A stretch of 64,000 nucleotides of DNA from Eutreptiella sp. 'Long Island Sound 2002'. Taxonomy: Eukaryota; Protista; Euglenida. Position 1 is the first letter of the stretch. Every line of letters starts with the position of its first letter. The translations under genes and the position numbers were made by a program. This document shows, piece by piece, positions 36,801 through 45,870 of this stretch. Below the pieces are notes generated by a model. That model was not told the origin of the DNA. It did not search any database and saw only the letters and a program-made list of their open reading frames with translations. The stretch covers positions 6,076,001 through 6,140,000 of the forward strand of contig OZ038378.1 in the NCBI GenBank assembly GCA_964036045.1. Direction: 5' to 3'.

Positions 36801-39800
36801 CGCTCCGCCCCGGCCACCGACCTTGCCGTGATGGAGGTCGGTGCTCTTTTTTGTGGGGCTTGTTCACCAAATTGAGATCACCAAGGGGGGCAACGTCGAT
36901 GCGGAGTCGGAGATCCACTTCGCCATCTCCGGCGTTGCCCCCCCGGTGCGGCCGACCACGCTCTGGCACCTGGGCAACACTGCCCCAGCGTGGTAGCCCC
37001 CCAAGTGCACGAAGGCTAGGGCGTGGTCAATCACCTACCCGTGTGATTGCAAGGTGTGCCCCCTGTGCATTTCTGTGTGTGCTGCTTTTTTGACAAATTG
37101 GACGAAATTCGCACAAAATTCGTACCAACGAATGTCTGGGCAGGTGTGTGAATACAGAAGTTTCTGTGAAATTCGTACGAATTTCGTAGGAATTTGTGCG
37201 AATTTGGTCCAATTTGTGTACCGTTTGCGTTCCGTTTCGCCAATGGTCCTTGCATCGACGCTCCCTCTTCCTCAAGTGGTACCCCACACACTTTGCCTTG
37301 TCTGCAGGTGCCCTTCCACTGAGGTGCGGCACCACGGGCGCAAGCGGTTCACCCCGCATCATCGCGTGCACGTGACCGGTGAGGAGAGCGAGCAGGGCAA
37401 GGGATCCGGGGCTGGACGGGCCCCAAGCGAGGCCCGAAGTGAGCGGAGCGAGGGGTCCGCGCGCTCGGGACGCAATGCCGGGGGCCGCAGCGAGGCAAGC
37501 TCGGGTGCGGGGCGTGGGCAGGGGGCCGTGCGGCAGGTGGTGATCCCCATGCCGTCGCGTGAGGACTTGGGCACCGCCCACCTTGACCCCCCCCCGGCCC
37601 AAGTCACCCTGGCCGCCAGGCAGCCGGAAGCTGCCTGGCAGCAGAGGGTGGCGCCCGGGCCCGACGGGCGGCAGTGGCATCTTTTGGCCGTGTGGGAGCT
37701 GGCCGTGGAGGCCCAGGGGGTGCGGGCCAACCTCTGCATCCCCTTCCCCTGCCCCCTTGTGATCCGGGGGGGTTCCAACCTGCCCACGGGGCACGAGCTG
37801 GTGGGCATGTTTGCCTACCGGCTGGTGAGTGGGCACTGGCGGGTGCAGACGGGGGTGGCGGGGATTGGGGAGGGGGGGACGGTGACCACGGCCGGCATCA
37901 TTGCGCTGGCTGCGGTCACGGGGTGGGACAAGCGGAGGGCGGAGTGGTTTGACGTGGCATGGCTTGCCATGCGCGTCCATGTGGGAAGGATGCAGTCTGG
38001 GGAGGGGGGGGGGGGGGGTGACGTCATTGACGTCAAGGGGGAGGACGCCCCGCCCACCCCCCGCGCGGGAAGCGAAAAGCCCCCCACCCCAGCAGACACA
38101 GGTCCGCCCGCCTCCAAGGCCCCGCGTACAAGCACCCCCGCGGAGCGGGCGGCACGTGAGCGGACGAGGGGGGATGTGGCTGAATGGGTGGAGCAGCAGT
38201 AGCAGCAGCAGCACCAGACGTGGCAAGTCCGCGCGATCAGCGCGGAGGCCGCACAGCGCGATCTGGAGGCGCGCCTTGCTAAGGCGAACGAAGACAGGCG
38301 GACCACTGAGGTGGAGCGTGACACCCTTCGCCGCGACAAGGAGCGCCTCACTGCAAAGGTGAAAACCTTGGAGCGGGAGGCGGCATAGCAGGTGAGGGCC
38401 CCGGGGGGCAGGGCACCCGGACCGACGGCGGAGGGGGAGGCCAAGGGCCCGACGGCCGAGAGGGGGGGGGGGGGGGGGCACCGCCGCCGGCACTCGGTTC
38501 CTCTTGGCCAGGGCGCAGGCATGGCATGCGCAGGCTAAGGCGGCGGCCGGACATATGTCGGGGGGGGGGGTACCTCTGCCCTTGACCTCGGGACCTCCTG
38601 TCCCATCTAACCTGCACGAATGTTATTTGTACATATTTATATATGAATATATGCACATTTAAGTATTGCCTGCCCACCCACCCCCTGGCGATGCCGGCAT
38701 GGGCAGTTTGAAGGACATGTGGGGTACCCCCCCCCCCACTTTGCAAAGTTTGCAATGGACGTGACGTCCTTTTGTACTACGCCTGCTATTTGCACAATGC
38801 ACATTCCTCTTTTCGCGTCTTGTTCTCGTGGTGCTGCCGTGTTGATAGTTTGTTCTGCTGTGGGTGCCCAGAATCCTAGTGAACAAGGAGGTTGCATTTT
38901 TTCACCATTGAATGCACTCAGAAACGAGCCACAGGATGTTTCATGCGAAAAAAGGATAAATTCGCTCAGATTCGTGTGAAATTCGTACGAATTTTGTACG
39001 AATTTCATGTGAATCTCACCAAATTTAGTCACCTTGTGCATGGGGACGGTACAATCCTACGGTACAATCCTCCCCATTTCCACAGGGTTTACACCACACA
39101 CAATGGGCCGTGGAGACGGGGCTCGGCCCAAGGAGCCGTTCGCCAAAGGCAACATCACTTTTGCCACGGCCACCATCACTCCATTAGCTCCCATAAGTCA
39201 CCTTCCCAAAGGCTTCGCACACCTCCTTGTGCAAAAGGGATTGCACTACTTCAGGGACCACATCTTTCCGTTCAAATCCACAACCTCCTTGTACTATCAC
39301 CAACTCCACATCTGCAGGCCACAGCGAAAAAAATGCAAAGGGACCTTTTCAAGTGTTGGCTCGGCCGTTCCACGAACATGTGATGCACATCGGTTTGTGG
39401 ATCCTTCTCGCGCACCCCGATCACGCATGAAACTCCAACCATCGTCCTAAAACCCCCTGCACAATCAAGGGAACCTCAAGACCAAGATGGGTTTTGTGCA
39501 CTTGGCAAAAAAATCATCATTCATTTCGGATTTGAATGGGCCCTATGGCACAGCAAGGACCATCTTTTCTAGTTTGAAAAATTACAGGTGGGTTCGTGGG
39601 CGGTCATACCTTGGTCATCGGTCCACGCCTTGATGGTCAATTGAATGGTCTCGGCGTCAGCATCTGCATTGACTGCTATATGGATAGTTTGCACGGGGTA
39701 CGGCCAATATTGCCCAAAGATCTATGGATGTGGTGCACACATCGAGTCTGCAGCATTTCCGCACTTTGGTAGTGAACCAACACCCGACACATCGCCACAC

Positions 39801-40094
39801 AATACGGCCCTGGTCACCCGCAACTCTCCAAACAAGAGGGAGGGGCCCTACCATGCCTTGGGTGCTGATGTTAGCACTGGTGCCATGGTGTGCAAGTGGT
39901 TCGCCAACCAAAGTGTTCTAACCTTGGCACACATTGTGCCCATGGAACACACGTAGCAACGGAACGCAACTGCAAAGCCAATGATGTATAGGTGTTGGGT
40001 CATGCAAAAGGCACAATCCCAAAGAACATACGGTCGACGTGAGAGCATCTTTGTCGGGGCCAAACGTGAAAAGCCCCACCAGCGGCGGACTCAT
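14828..40094 (-). CDS. GPHN: Gephyrin-type molybdenum cofactor biosynthesis protein (MogA-like G domain + MoeA-like E domain), 14 exons, ~606 aa
   Basis: Exons assembled by hand (minus strand): 40094-40032, 39721-39610, 39311-39223, 34920-34780, 34365-34125, 26795-26611, 26135-26035, 21555-21403, 20395-20245, 18838-18731, 17935-17821, 16857-16769, 15935-15791, 14955-14828. Total 1821 nt (607 codons including TGA), all GT-AG with consistent phases. E-domain motifs: [84 protein letters not shown]. The exon-6 acceptor could be a few nt further in (alternative in-phase AGs). Confidence 0.93.
15791..15935 (-). CDS. gephyrin-like exon 13
   Basis: [26 protein letters not shown]; CAG/GT. Confidence 0.92.
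16769..16857 (-). CDS. gephyrin-like exon 12
   Basis: [25 protein letters not shown]; CAG/GTATG. Confidence 0.92.
17821..17935 (-). CDS. gephyrin-like exon 11
   Basis: GEFDLIKK...[17 protein letters not shown]; CAG/GT. Confidence 0.92.
18731..18838 (-). CDS. gephyrin-like exon 10
   Basis: [36 protein letters not shown]; TAG/GT. Confidence 0.92.
19624..19698 (+). pseudogene. Degenerate tRNA-like sequence (Cys-GCA-like) or SINE head in intron 9
   Basis: GTCCAGTGGTCAAACAC D-arm-like, GGT-TTGCAAA-CC anticodon-like, TGGGCTCGAACCCA T-arm; acceptor stem mispaired. Confidence 0.3.
20245..20395 (-). CDS. gephyrin-like exon 9
   Basis: [12 protein letters not shown]...[10 protein letters not shown]; CAG/GTATG. 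Confidence 0.92.
21403..21555 (-). CDS. gephyrin-like exon 8
   Basis: [30 protein letters not shown]; CAG/GT. Confidence 0.92.
22400..23033. repeat. ~169-175-bp tandem repeat, about 3.7 copies
   Basis: Units begin near 22404, 22579, 22747, 22916 (TGCGGGTAAACGATGG...). Confidence 0.95.
23356..23963. repeat. MITE-like hairpin with ~220-bp inverted arms
   Basis: 23356-23578 is the reverse complement of 23742-23963; 23046-23140 is also inverted at 23965-24058. Confidence 0.85.
26035..26135 (-). CDS. gephyrin-like exon 7
   Basis: [27 protein letters not shown]; CAG/GTATG. Confidence 0.92.
26611..26795 (-). CDS. gephyrin-like exon 6
   Basis: [25 protein letters not shown]; GTATG donor. Confidence 0.9.
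27660..27915 (-). repeat. 3' terminal direct repeat (pseudo-LTR) of the retroelement
   Basis: ~255 bp, only a few substitutions versus 33511-33766. Confidence 0.95.
27705..27752 (-). ncRNA. Candidate hammerhead ribozyme in pseudo-LTR (second copy 33556-33603)
   Basis: Sense strand: CAGACC-GAAA-GACGTC-TA-GGACAGC-TCT-GCTGTTC-CTGAGGA-GTTTT. Both core motifs, palindromic stem III and 7-bp stem I are present; stem II is weak. Confidence 0.45.
27955..28028 (+). pseudogene. tRNA-derived sequence (Thr-GGT-like), antisense within the retroelement 3' UTR
   Basis: A-box-like TGGTACAGCGG, D-stem GTAC/GTGC, loop CT-GGT-AC, B-box-like GAGTTCGAGTCC; acceptor and T stems poorly paired. Confidence 0.4.
28230..30293 (-). 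CDS. Penelope-type reverse transcriptase region of ORF2
   Basis: Motif [12 protein letters not shown], motif [15 protein letters not shown], motif [10 protein letters not shown]; joined to the EN frame by a one-base shift in an A7 run. Confidence 0.88.
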   Translation of the reverse strand: MITNILRKVLRDSALKAYERQALRHTVRIARSNPHTVRSVFQSKAMAQSRMMQKPPCRCAEFASQAKQNGDVLDVDGHVALIPVALNVGGHGGLRPNDPIPIAGNEARKKAISGITTFCTHLNLPVPPLDTLLPPSLFPESGTLLRQLRRLSKFLASFQYTRIVDKGSGELWGFCSAWVWEKVTEFMINEKFQDTGWTQDQWTRSIGDAVSDMELERNKHGKLCVLYVLAKAKSRRTGKWVFRGISASPAPVLQQRQLRKGARAFTCMLRMLQTEITHNFQYTDIQSVSGWLHFVARKGARAITEVDCKKQFDNIHPRDVTRAFEKATKWLTKKRRWRQRQLHWSIHRDTPKLDRAGVATSEKFWVLTHNHLSAMLNFELLHNNVLQAVRQLWSRKVSIPMGGPFSAQSADLHTLWGVKKNGKRMKNWGNMSLSEDGYVFWTRGTMWFSLAQFRDNVLLATNLSPGTRTTLVQEVCDLLANIWNLEVLCDCVDGGAQSCDGDCLSQSRRALGVHMTVGGGHCCAVTHPSALTDTWELRYGAPLISPTRAPKEYLPCILISSLTGTLPWQQTWAAQILSALAWAQLAMLSGYRRMTVMRALHKAVRRVYAASPWWSENTMRAVYSVGHDLPCSRGTATAKLVHWLANKAVWEGDRYTDREIPEDLQPEGYTPAWCMDIALLRKMATVH
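30238..31410 (-). CDS. GIY-YIG endonuclease region of retroelement ORF2 (frameshift-delimited)
   Basis: [18 protein letters not shown]...QRLRKH...AERQW...ALND matches the GIY-YIG signature. Confidence 0.82.
   Translation of the reverse strand: MNQFFRCPRCISKDGSHTQWMGSLYGTTPHAAPLCNTITQTPDPPPEPPPDPHPAALGKHHIAHWGDLGINLFALFRTTDKLWVWCPPGDRIRDLDDLRCFGSIQGFELRCTASAFLSLSPAQHLRLSLLFDEYGKCHMRYVHPPHTTHIFWGLQFQMKSALQGVNLGRWADLMQASIPYWPYTSLPALRVLRRKSHVGEWYVHVPPPAFLVYVCVNLRTGAVYVGQTSQAPIQRLRKHYCDARAGTDSASFHAQLLLTDISNWVTVPVQYCDTLFQAGLAERQWWADLHKWALNDIPPGISETDTPNKQCAYINGKMLHTLQELRQARALRDAQRVKALQAVLRDTAEQIGLPFHISGTVVVPNLSTTQKNGDHEHSTKSLTRQRPEGL
31832..33436 (-). CDS. gag/ORF1-like nucleic-acid-binding protein, five CCHC-type zinc knuckles and a coiled coil (534 aa)
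   Basis: [56 protein letters not shown] (second C replaced by H), [14 protein letters not shown]; heptad-like [22 protein letters not shown]. Confidence 0.85.
   Translation of the reverse strand: MLPPNVSAATNSSSLPGNTAVRAPAAARSSDALFPPPSPPTHTNPIMFSPPTTCPPVGDAPRRAPDLPAPGTATKICSACHGPGHWARECPAEGRAGRGGEPWHSNTVPPDPCWACPREYHWAHQCEKSLARRAAGQCVLCGKDDHWFKKCELYNPAIHRSKPKALGRPGTGPLRSGATWCLRHGQTGHSTATCDITSAPILLPPDELKGQFENVCLWCNMYGHTMLQCMRRAPVLAIENHTAIGELKTEMGALKKAISEVQDAQKDLPEIRRRLEGIETWQSSTDTRITQAAALARDAQSTAAAATPSSRFEAYLRDEFQPALQRILDVENTAAAAMPVATFNDWLERFKAQQDPWNPISVTGPSAALHGTSAQPPATPSPKKQSSSLLPSQAQQTTAPASPTPAVGEVSMHTNSGFKRPVGDSDDGSQNHRRTRARSGTPSQSSTPNWVTLPPLPADVWKNEVLELLFFEWNKEKDQRLITWLERHSTEEMTTSIMAVEGEALTTDKKAAITTVLRATKANPQIFSDISSAA
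33511..33766 (-). repeat. 5' terminal direct repeat (pseudo-LTR) of the retroelement
   Basis: Copy of 27660-27915, followed by (CA)n 33766-33832. Confidence 0.95.
34125..34365 (-). CDS. gephyrin-like exon 5 (end of G domain, His-rich linker, start of E domain)
   Basis: TTTGCAG acceptor, GTATG donor; [15 protein letters not shown]...[25 protein letters not shown]. Confidence 0.9.
34780..34920 (-). CDS. gephyrin-like exon 4 ([13 protein letters not shown]...[15 protein letters not shown])
   Basis: CAG/GT boundaries; matches [35 protein letters not shown]. Confidence 0.87.
35225..38720 (+). mobile_element. Rearranged GC-rich repeat in intron 3 with dioxygenase-like and coiled-coil ORF fragments
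   Basis: Direct duplication 35490-36233 vs 36775-37508; 35230-35465 inverted at 36390-36620; ORF 37054-38202 continues past a TAG in a CAG run into a coiled coil ending 38388. Confidence 0.6.
39223..39311 (-). CDS. gephyrin-like exon 3 ([29 protein letters not shown])
   Basis: CAG acceptor, GT donor; matches [27 protein letters not shown]. Confidence 0.85.
39610..39721 (-). CDS. gephyrin-like exon 2 (IFGQYWP...[14 protein letters not shown])
   Basis: TAG acceptor, GTATG donor; resembles gephyrin IVPDEIEEIKETLIDWCD. Confidence 0.8.
40032..40094 (-). CDS. gephyrin-like exon 1 ([21 protein letters not shown])
   Basis: ATG to GTATG donor, phase 0; aligns loosely with the first strand of the G domain. 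Confidence 0.65.
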
Positions 40095-42339
40095 GAAAGA
40101 ATAACCACAACTACAAGATGGCAAGGTTCGGTGACCTTAGAAGCGTGACCTCGGCCACAACACAAAGATAATGGAATCAACGCCTGCCCGCTCGGTTGGC
40201 TAAGTTGTGCATGCAAATGCAACCCCACTTCGATCCACCGAAGGACATGCCATTCGTAGCTTGCAGTTCATTGCGCTAGCCTCCGATAGCTCTACGGATC
40301 GCAGGGGGAGCACGAGCTCCTCTACAACCGAACCATGCGCAACGGGGGACGTTCGCGCCGCGTTTCTCGACCTACGAGAGCTACACAGCTGGCAGTGTTC
40401 ATCTGTCATGATGGTCACGCGCACGTAAGCAACGACAAAGATTCGTCAATAGCTGGTCATGCGCTAGAATGGCGACGCGTGGTGGGTGGCCAACTAGTGA
40501 TTGGGACTGGCGGACCGTTGGGACACGCAGACGTCGCTGCAATCATCTCTTTCTTGCGAGCCACAACTAACCAAGTTGCCTACGATGGGCAGTCGTTGCT
40601 ACGTATAAAGAAGCACATGTTATAGGAATGCGGGGTCGCCAAAGGCCATTGTTGTGCCATGGGACAAAAATCCCCCCCTTGGGCAAAAGCTAGGCTTGGC
40701 TTGCGACGTAGCTATCACTTTATGAGTGCATGAGGTTCTCTTGATGACAGTCATCCTTGAAAGCATGCCGTGCGCAAGCAGCCAGAGGACTTAGATAATG
40801 TGCACAATGTGCACGCGAAGGCCGGTGTCCACTCGATTGCACACAAAAGACCATAGAGGGCTTTCGCACAAAGTACGGCCCTCGTCAAAGTGGAGTTTGG
40901 GACAAAGGCAAAGCTAACACGGAAAGTCAAATGCGACACATGTAGCAAGAAAGATTACGCGGTGTATGGTTCAGTCCGTCTTTTTCAACGTGTGTGCTTG
41001 CTCATTTGACCATACTTGTCAGTGGTGTTCGAGGTTGTGGTTGGAGTGTTTACATGTGTCCATGTGGTGTCAGAATCGGCATGTTTGTTTGGTCAGTTTC
41101 TGCTTGAGACCAAAGCGAGACACATTCTCTGTCAAAAAAAATGAACGTTGAAGGGGACAAAGGGTCTGAAATTTGACCAGTCAGACGCATGCGCAATATG
41201 GTCACATCCTTTATCCTAGGCACCAGCTGGACATAAAGTCGATTCGGGTTTCTGCACGATCTGTGCATACAGAGTTGTCGAATTTCGAATTTTTGGTGTA
41301 GATTGTATGAATTAGATGACTCTTAGTTGTTTGCAAGCGTTTCTGGCACCATTTGTCGTGTTTCCCAATGACTGACTGTATCGCAGAGCTTGTTTTCATG
41401 TTGCGCCTTTGGTTGTGCTTGGCACTTGGTTTAGTTGCTTTTTTGGCTGAGGCGTAGTTCACCAATATGTCCGAAGGTATGGGCTGTGCTTACCATGTAT
41501 CCGAATCTAGCAAGGTAAAGTTGCGCTTTCAAGGTTAAGTTGTGATTTTGGCATGAATGATGACATTATGGTCGTGGTTTGTGATGGTTCTCTTTGTTGT
41601 TCAATCTGAATAACAATTGTCCCAGGCATTGCGAACAGTTTTGGAAAATCCTTCCTTGTGCATTTTTGATTTCGTCATCGCCACAATTTAGAGTTCCGAT
41701 TTGTTGTGTCCCTTTTGTTTGCAGGTGGTGAGAAGCCAACCTTCAAGACCACCGCGGGTTGGTGTGTGGCTTACCTCAAAGGGTTTGCTTGGAAAGAGTG
41801 CCGTGAGTTGACTCCCGAGGAAATAAACATTGATTTTGCGGCAGGTATTGCAATGGCCACAGCCAAGAAAGTTACCAAGTTGCTTGTAAGGTAAACGGAC
41901 CAGTTAATCCCTCTTGACCCGATCAGCCCCACCTCAAAAAAGTCTACGACATGGTCAACAATTACTTTTAAACACAATGGTATCATACAACTTATTATAT
42001 CTTCTACCAAAATGTCTCGTACCTTTTTCTAGTGGTTCGCAAAAAAGCACCTATTCGTCTATTGGGGACTATTAGTGCAGGGGGGACTAACTGGTCCGTT
42101 TACCTTAATTTGTAGGCAATGTGATTTGAACTTGCTACAAAGGGTGCCTACCACTCCTCAGGGTAAAAACTCCGAGATTTGGGACACCAAATTGTCGTGC
42201 AAGCGCCCTTTGGAGCCTTCCCCTTCCGCAAAGGAACCCTCTAAAAAGAAAATTGCCACACCCTCTTCTGATTCTTCTTACCACCCCTTCACAAGGCCAT
42301 CGCCTCTAAGGCACACCATGATGCGTTGTAGCAAAGCAT

Positions 42340-44500
42340 GGCCGAGTTGACTGCACTGAGGGAAAGTGTTGAGGACAGGTGTAATGATGTGGCATAAGAG
42401 ACTATTGCAGCAAGGGATAGCATAGGAGATGGTTTTCTTGCCACGGCTGAAGGGTATGGGTGGCTCGTCATTCGTGGAGAAGGCGGCAAGCAACGGGAGA
42501 GATGTGCTTTGTTGAGAGATGGGGCAACCCAAAATGAGCTGCCCAAGAAGGAGGAAGGGGTGCGTACGTTGAAAAATGCCGATGGCATTGCCAATGAGGC
42601 TGTGGAAACCGCAAAGCATTGCATGAGGCCGAGGTGAGCTATAGTAAGGCAAACGGAATCCATGTGCAAGCATACAAGGGTGCATTGGCCCATTTTGGAG
42701 TGGTAGACAAAATACATCTACCGGAACAGTAAGACTGCTATTTCTGGAACAGCTATACAGTTCCACAAGACGTATGAGTTGTTCCAAAAGACGTGATACG
42801 TCTACCGGAACAGGAAGACAAAAAGTTAGATGTAGGATCCACCTCTACCAACCAACTCCAGCCTAGACCCACCCACTATGTTATATTATGTTATCATATG
42901 TTATGTTATGTGTAACCATGTGCAAGAGACATGTGTAATGTGTGTTGTTTCGACATATGTATGTGTTTTCATGTGATTGATTCAACAAACCAGAAGCTGC
43001 AAGAACTCTGGCAGAATATTTTCTCACTGCTTCTGCCACCTGCTGACCGTCGGCATTGCTCTCCTGTGATCCGTCATCCATGATCCATCCCACAGTGTTC
43101 CGGACAATTTCGTTTGGTGGTCATCTGTTGAATTTCTTAGCGAAATATTGTTTTGCTGCAGGAAATCTACTTGGAGTTGGTAGGAGTACTGAATTACTGA
43201 ATGAAGGCACTGATGGTTGTTCACGCCGAATGGTCCCATTTTTGTTTTCAGTAGTTCATGATGCTTTAGCATGTTTTAAAGTGCATTTTTTCCATGCCGA
43301 GCTGAGTTACACACAAAGTAGCTCCCTCCAAAGCCAGTACATCTTGGGAGAAGGTGCATCGATGTTTTAGAAAGTGGCATGAGGTAGTCCCAATATGCTA
43401 CGGATTGCACATAGCACCCAAAGCACTCTGTTTTTGTGTATCTCCACAGCTCCGCAGTCCCCAAACCACGACGTCGCCAGCTCAAGCTTCAAGGCCTGGC
43501 GGACCGATGAATAGATGTTAAAGATTTCCGAAATGGAATTACAGCAAAGTTGCTTATGAAATGAAAGCCGAAAAGTAAAAAAATGAAAATGTACAAAATA
43601 ATTGTGTGGTAGTATATGATATAATAGTAATATGATAGTAATATATAATGTAGCATAATGGTGCGTCTAGTGGAACTATCTGTTGCGTCTTACATTTTGT
43701 CATACTGTTCCGATAGACGTATTACGTCTTTTGGAACAGTATAGACTGTTCCACAACGTCTAGCGAAGTGTCTTACTGTTCCGGTAGGCGTATTTCGTCT
43801 ACATGCCCCCATTTTGGCATCTGAAAAACTGCCTATTTTGGGCATGCCTACATAGGCAAATATTGCGAGCTCCTTTGCACGCAATGCATAGCCGTAGCCA
43901 TTAGTGAGCCTTGCTTGCTGAGGTGGTCGGAACAACGGAGAAGGGTTATCACTCTCCGTGGACGAATCAGTTTTCTAACGAACCAAATCCGCAAGGCCAA
44001 TAGGGAAGGGCGGTGGGATGATGTTGCGGATCTTGAGTTCTCGTTACACGACAAGAGATTTGCATATGCATTGGTTGGGTCTAACCTTCAGCGGGATGTC
44101 GAGTACCACGCCGCCTTGAGAGTTCGGCAAAGATGGGTGCACCGGTTCACAAAGTGGGCGGCTCTGTAGCGCCTGATGGGAGGTAGTGTTGATTACACGG
44201 CTAACTCTCACCTCATTCAAAGGCTCATTGTTCGCTCTGCCAGCTTCTTGGGTGTCTTCGCATGCAATTTCCCGAACGAGAAGCCTACCCTTTAGCTTTA
44301 CCTTTCCCTAACCCATGGGATCCTATTCATCATGCACCACAAATTTTGCAAGTATGCTGATGAAGAACCCATGGAATCCCAACACGCTGAGCATAATCGC
44401 ATTGCGAGGCATAGCGTGAATCATCAAGTTGCTATGCTTCATGGTGTGAACACTTTGTGGGTGCGCAACCATGTCAATTGTTGCATTACTACTGGCGAGC
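42340..44500 (+). pseudogene. C-terminal part of a second decayed RAG1/Transib-fold transposase, interrupted by the TIR element
   Basis: Removing 42699-43817 restores frame: ALAHFGI*KTAYFGHAYIGKYC; later PTL*LYLSLTHG and EEPMESQHAEHNRI (44362-44403) fit the TPK.H.L..H and SE...ES.H motifs. Confidence 0.55.
42699..43807. mobile_element. ~1.1-kb non-autonomous TIR element
   Basis: Flanking CCCATTTTGG at 42689-42698 and 43808-43817; ~130-bp imperfect TIRs (GTAGACAAAATACATCTACCGGAACAGTAAGAC vs rc GTAGACGAAATACGCCTACCGGAACAGTAAGAC). Confidence 0.8.
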
Positions 44501-44911
44501 TTGGCTGAGCCAATGTGGTGTTGCGAGGGGCCCAACCCTAGCCATAAATGATGGTTTTCTACTCTTTTCTTTGGTACAAGGGTGAACTCTATGATAATGA
44601 TGGGCCCTTTGGGAGTAAAAGCAAATTTAGCAGACCCTAACCCTAACCCTCACCCTACTGACACATTTGTGGAAGGTTGCAATGGTTGAAAGACATTGGA
44701 TGATCATTTATGTGCACTAAATCGAAGAAATCGACATTACATTGTGTCCTACAGAGGGGGGTAAAAAGTTGAAAGGGTGGAATTCCGAAAAACTCGAAAT
44801 TCGTAATTACCCGTTTCGTATTTCTACACCGTTTGACGCCTGGGCTTTTCGGATTTTGCCATATTCGTATTTTGCGCCTTCGCCGGCACTGCCGCATCGC
44901 CGCCATCGGAC

Positions 44912-45870
44912 ACTTTTGTTTGGACGATTTCTCAAACTTACTAAGGATCTAGGAGCTGAAATCTTGCACATTGTTAATTGTTGACGAAACCTACTTGTTA
45001 AGCATTTCGGTCTCTGCTCCGGTGGGATTTTTTTAGTGCTAGATCGGAACGAAAAAATCACACCGGAACAGAAACTAAGATGATAGATAGTTGGATCTCA
45101 TCACAACTGAATGATCCTAAGAGTTTCAGCTTACAACTCTTTTTCAAGTTTGGAGAAATCGTCGAAATCAAAAATCGGAAAATCACCGATGCGGCAGTGG
45201 CGGCGACGGCTTCGGTGGGCAGGTTTCTGGTTTTTGATACAAAAACCACATGCATTTTTCTCAATTTAGATACAAAAATTTGTTTCGCAACGCCCATTTC
45301 TGATTTTAGCTTCATTTGGAGTTTTTCCCTCCCCTGTACATTGTTGCATGATGTGAGCATTTGTCATTTGAGAGGGATTTGGACAGAGCAGGGTGCTAAC
45401 ATTGCCATCCATCACGATTTAGCCCGAAAAACACCCTTAACACTAGGCCGAAGCGTTTTCGGTGGGTCCTGCGCTATTGGTCTTGAGCTCTCTACCCTAC
45501 AAGGGGTGGTAATAGTTCATATATGCAACGGTTGGTAAAAGGTGATTTTAGATGTGTTTTTCATGCAGCGGTTGGTAAAAGGCTGGTGTTTTTCCATGTA
45601 AAGGTTGGTACCGACATCCTCTTCTTTTGATTACCTTAATGTTTCTTTGTATTTGTACAACACTGGTACTATTTCTCTCTCCTCGTTTTTTCAAAACATT
45701 ACACTTTTTTTTTTTACACCTTGCACTCTTGCTATTTGTGTAAAATGTTTTATCTCTTTTTTTTTCTTCAAAACCTGCTCTCCTTTTTGTGCTGAAAAAC
45801 CTACACTGTTTCTTTTTGTCACTCACTTTTGCATTCAAAATGCCGTTTTTTTTTACTGACTGAAATATTG
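44912..45870. repeat. ~958-bp direct repeat, copy 1
   Basis: Nearly identical to 50855-51812 (a few SNPs and T-run length changes). Confidence 0.95.

Noticed and set aside
41706-41894. pogo-like HTH (FKTTAGWCVAYL)
   Set aside because: A single short motif without supporting DDE_1 motifs.
44635-44657. (CCCTAA)n telomere-like repeat
   Set aside because: Only about 3-4 imperfect units; too short to call.
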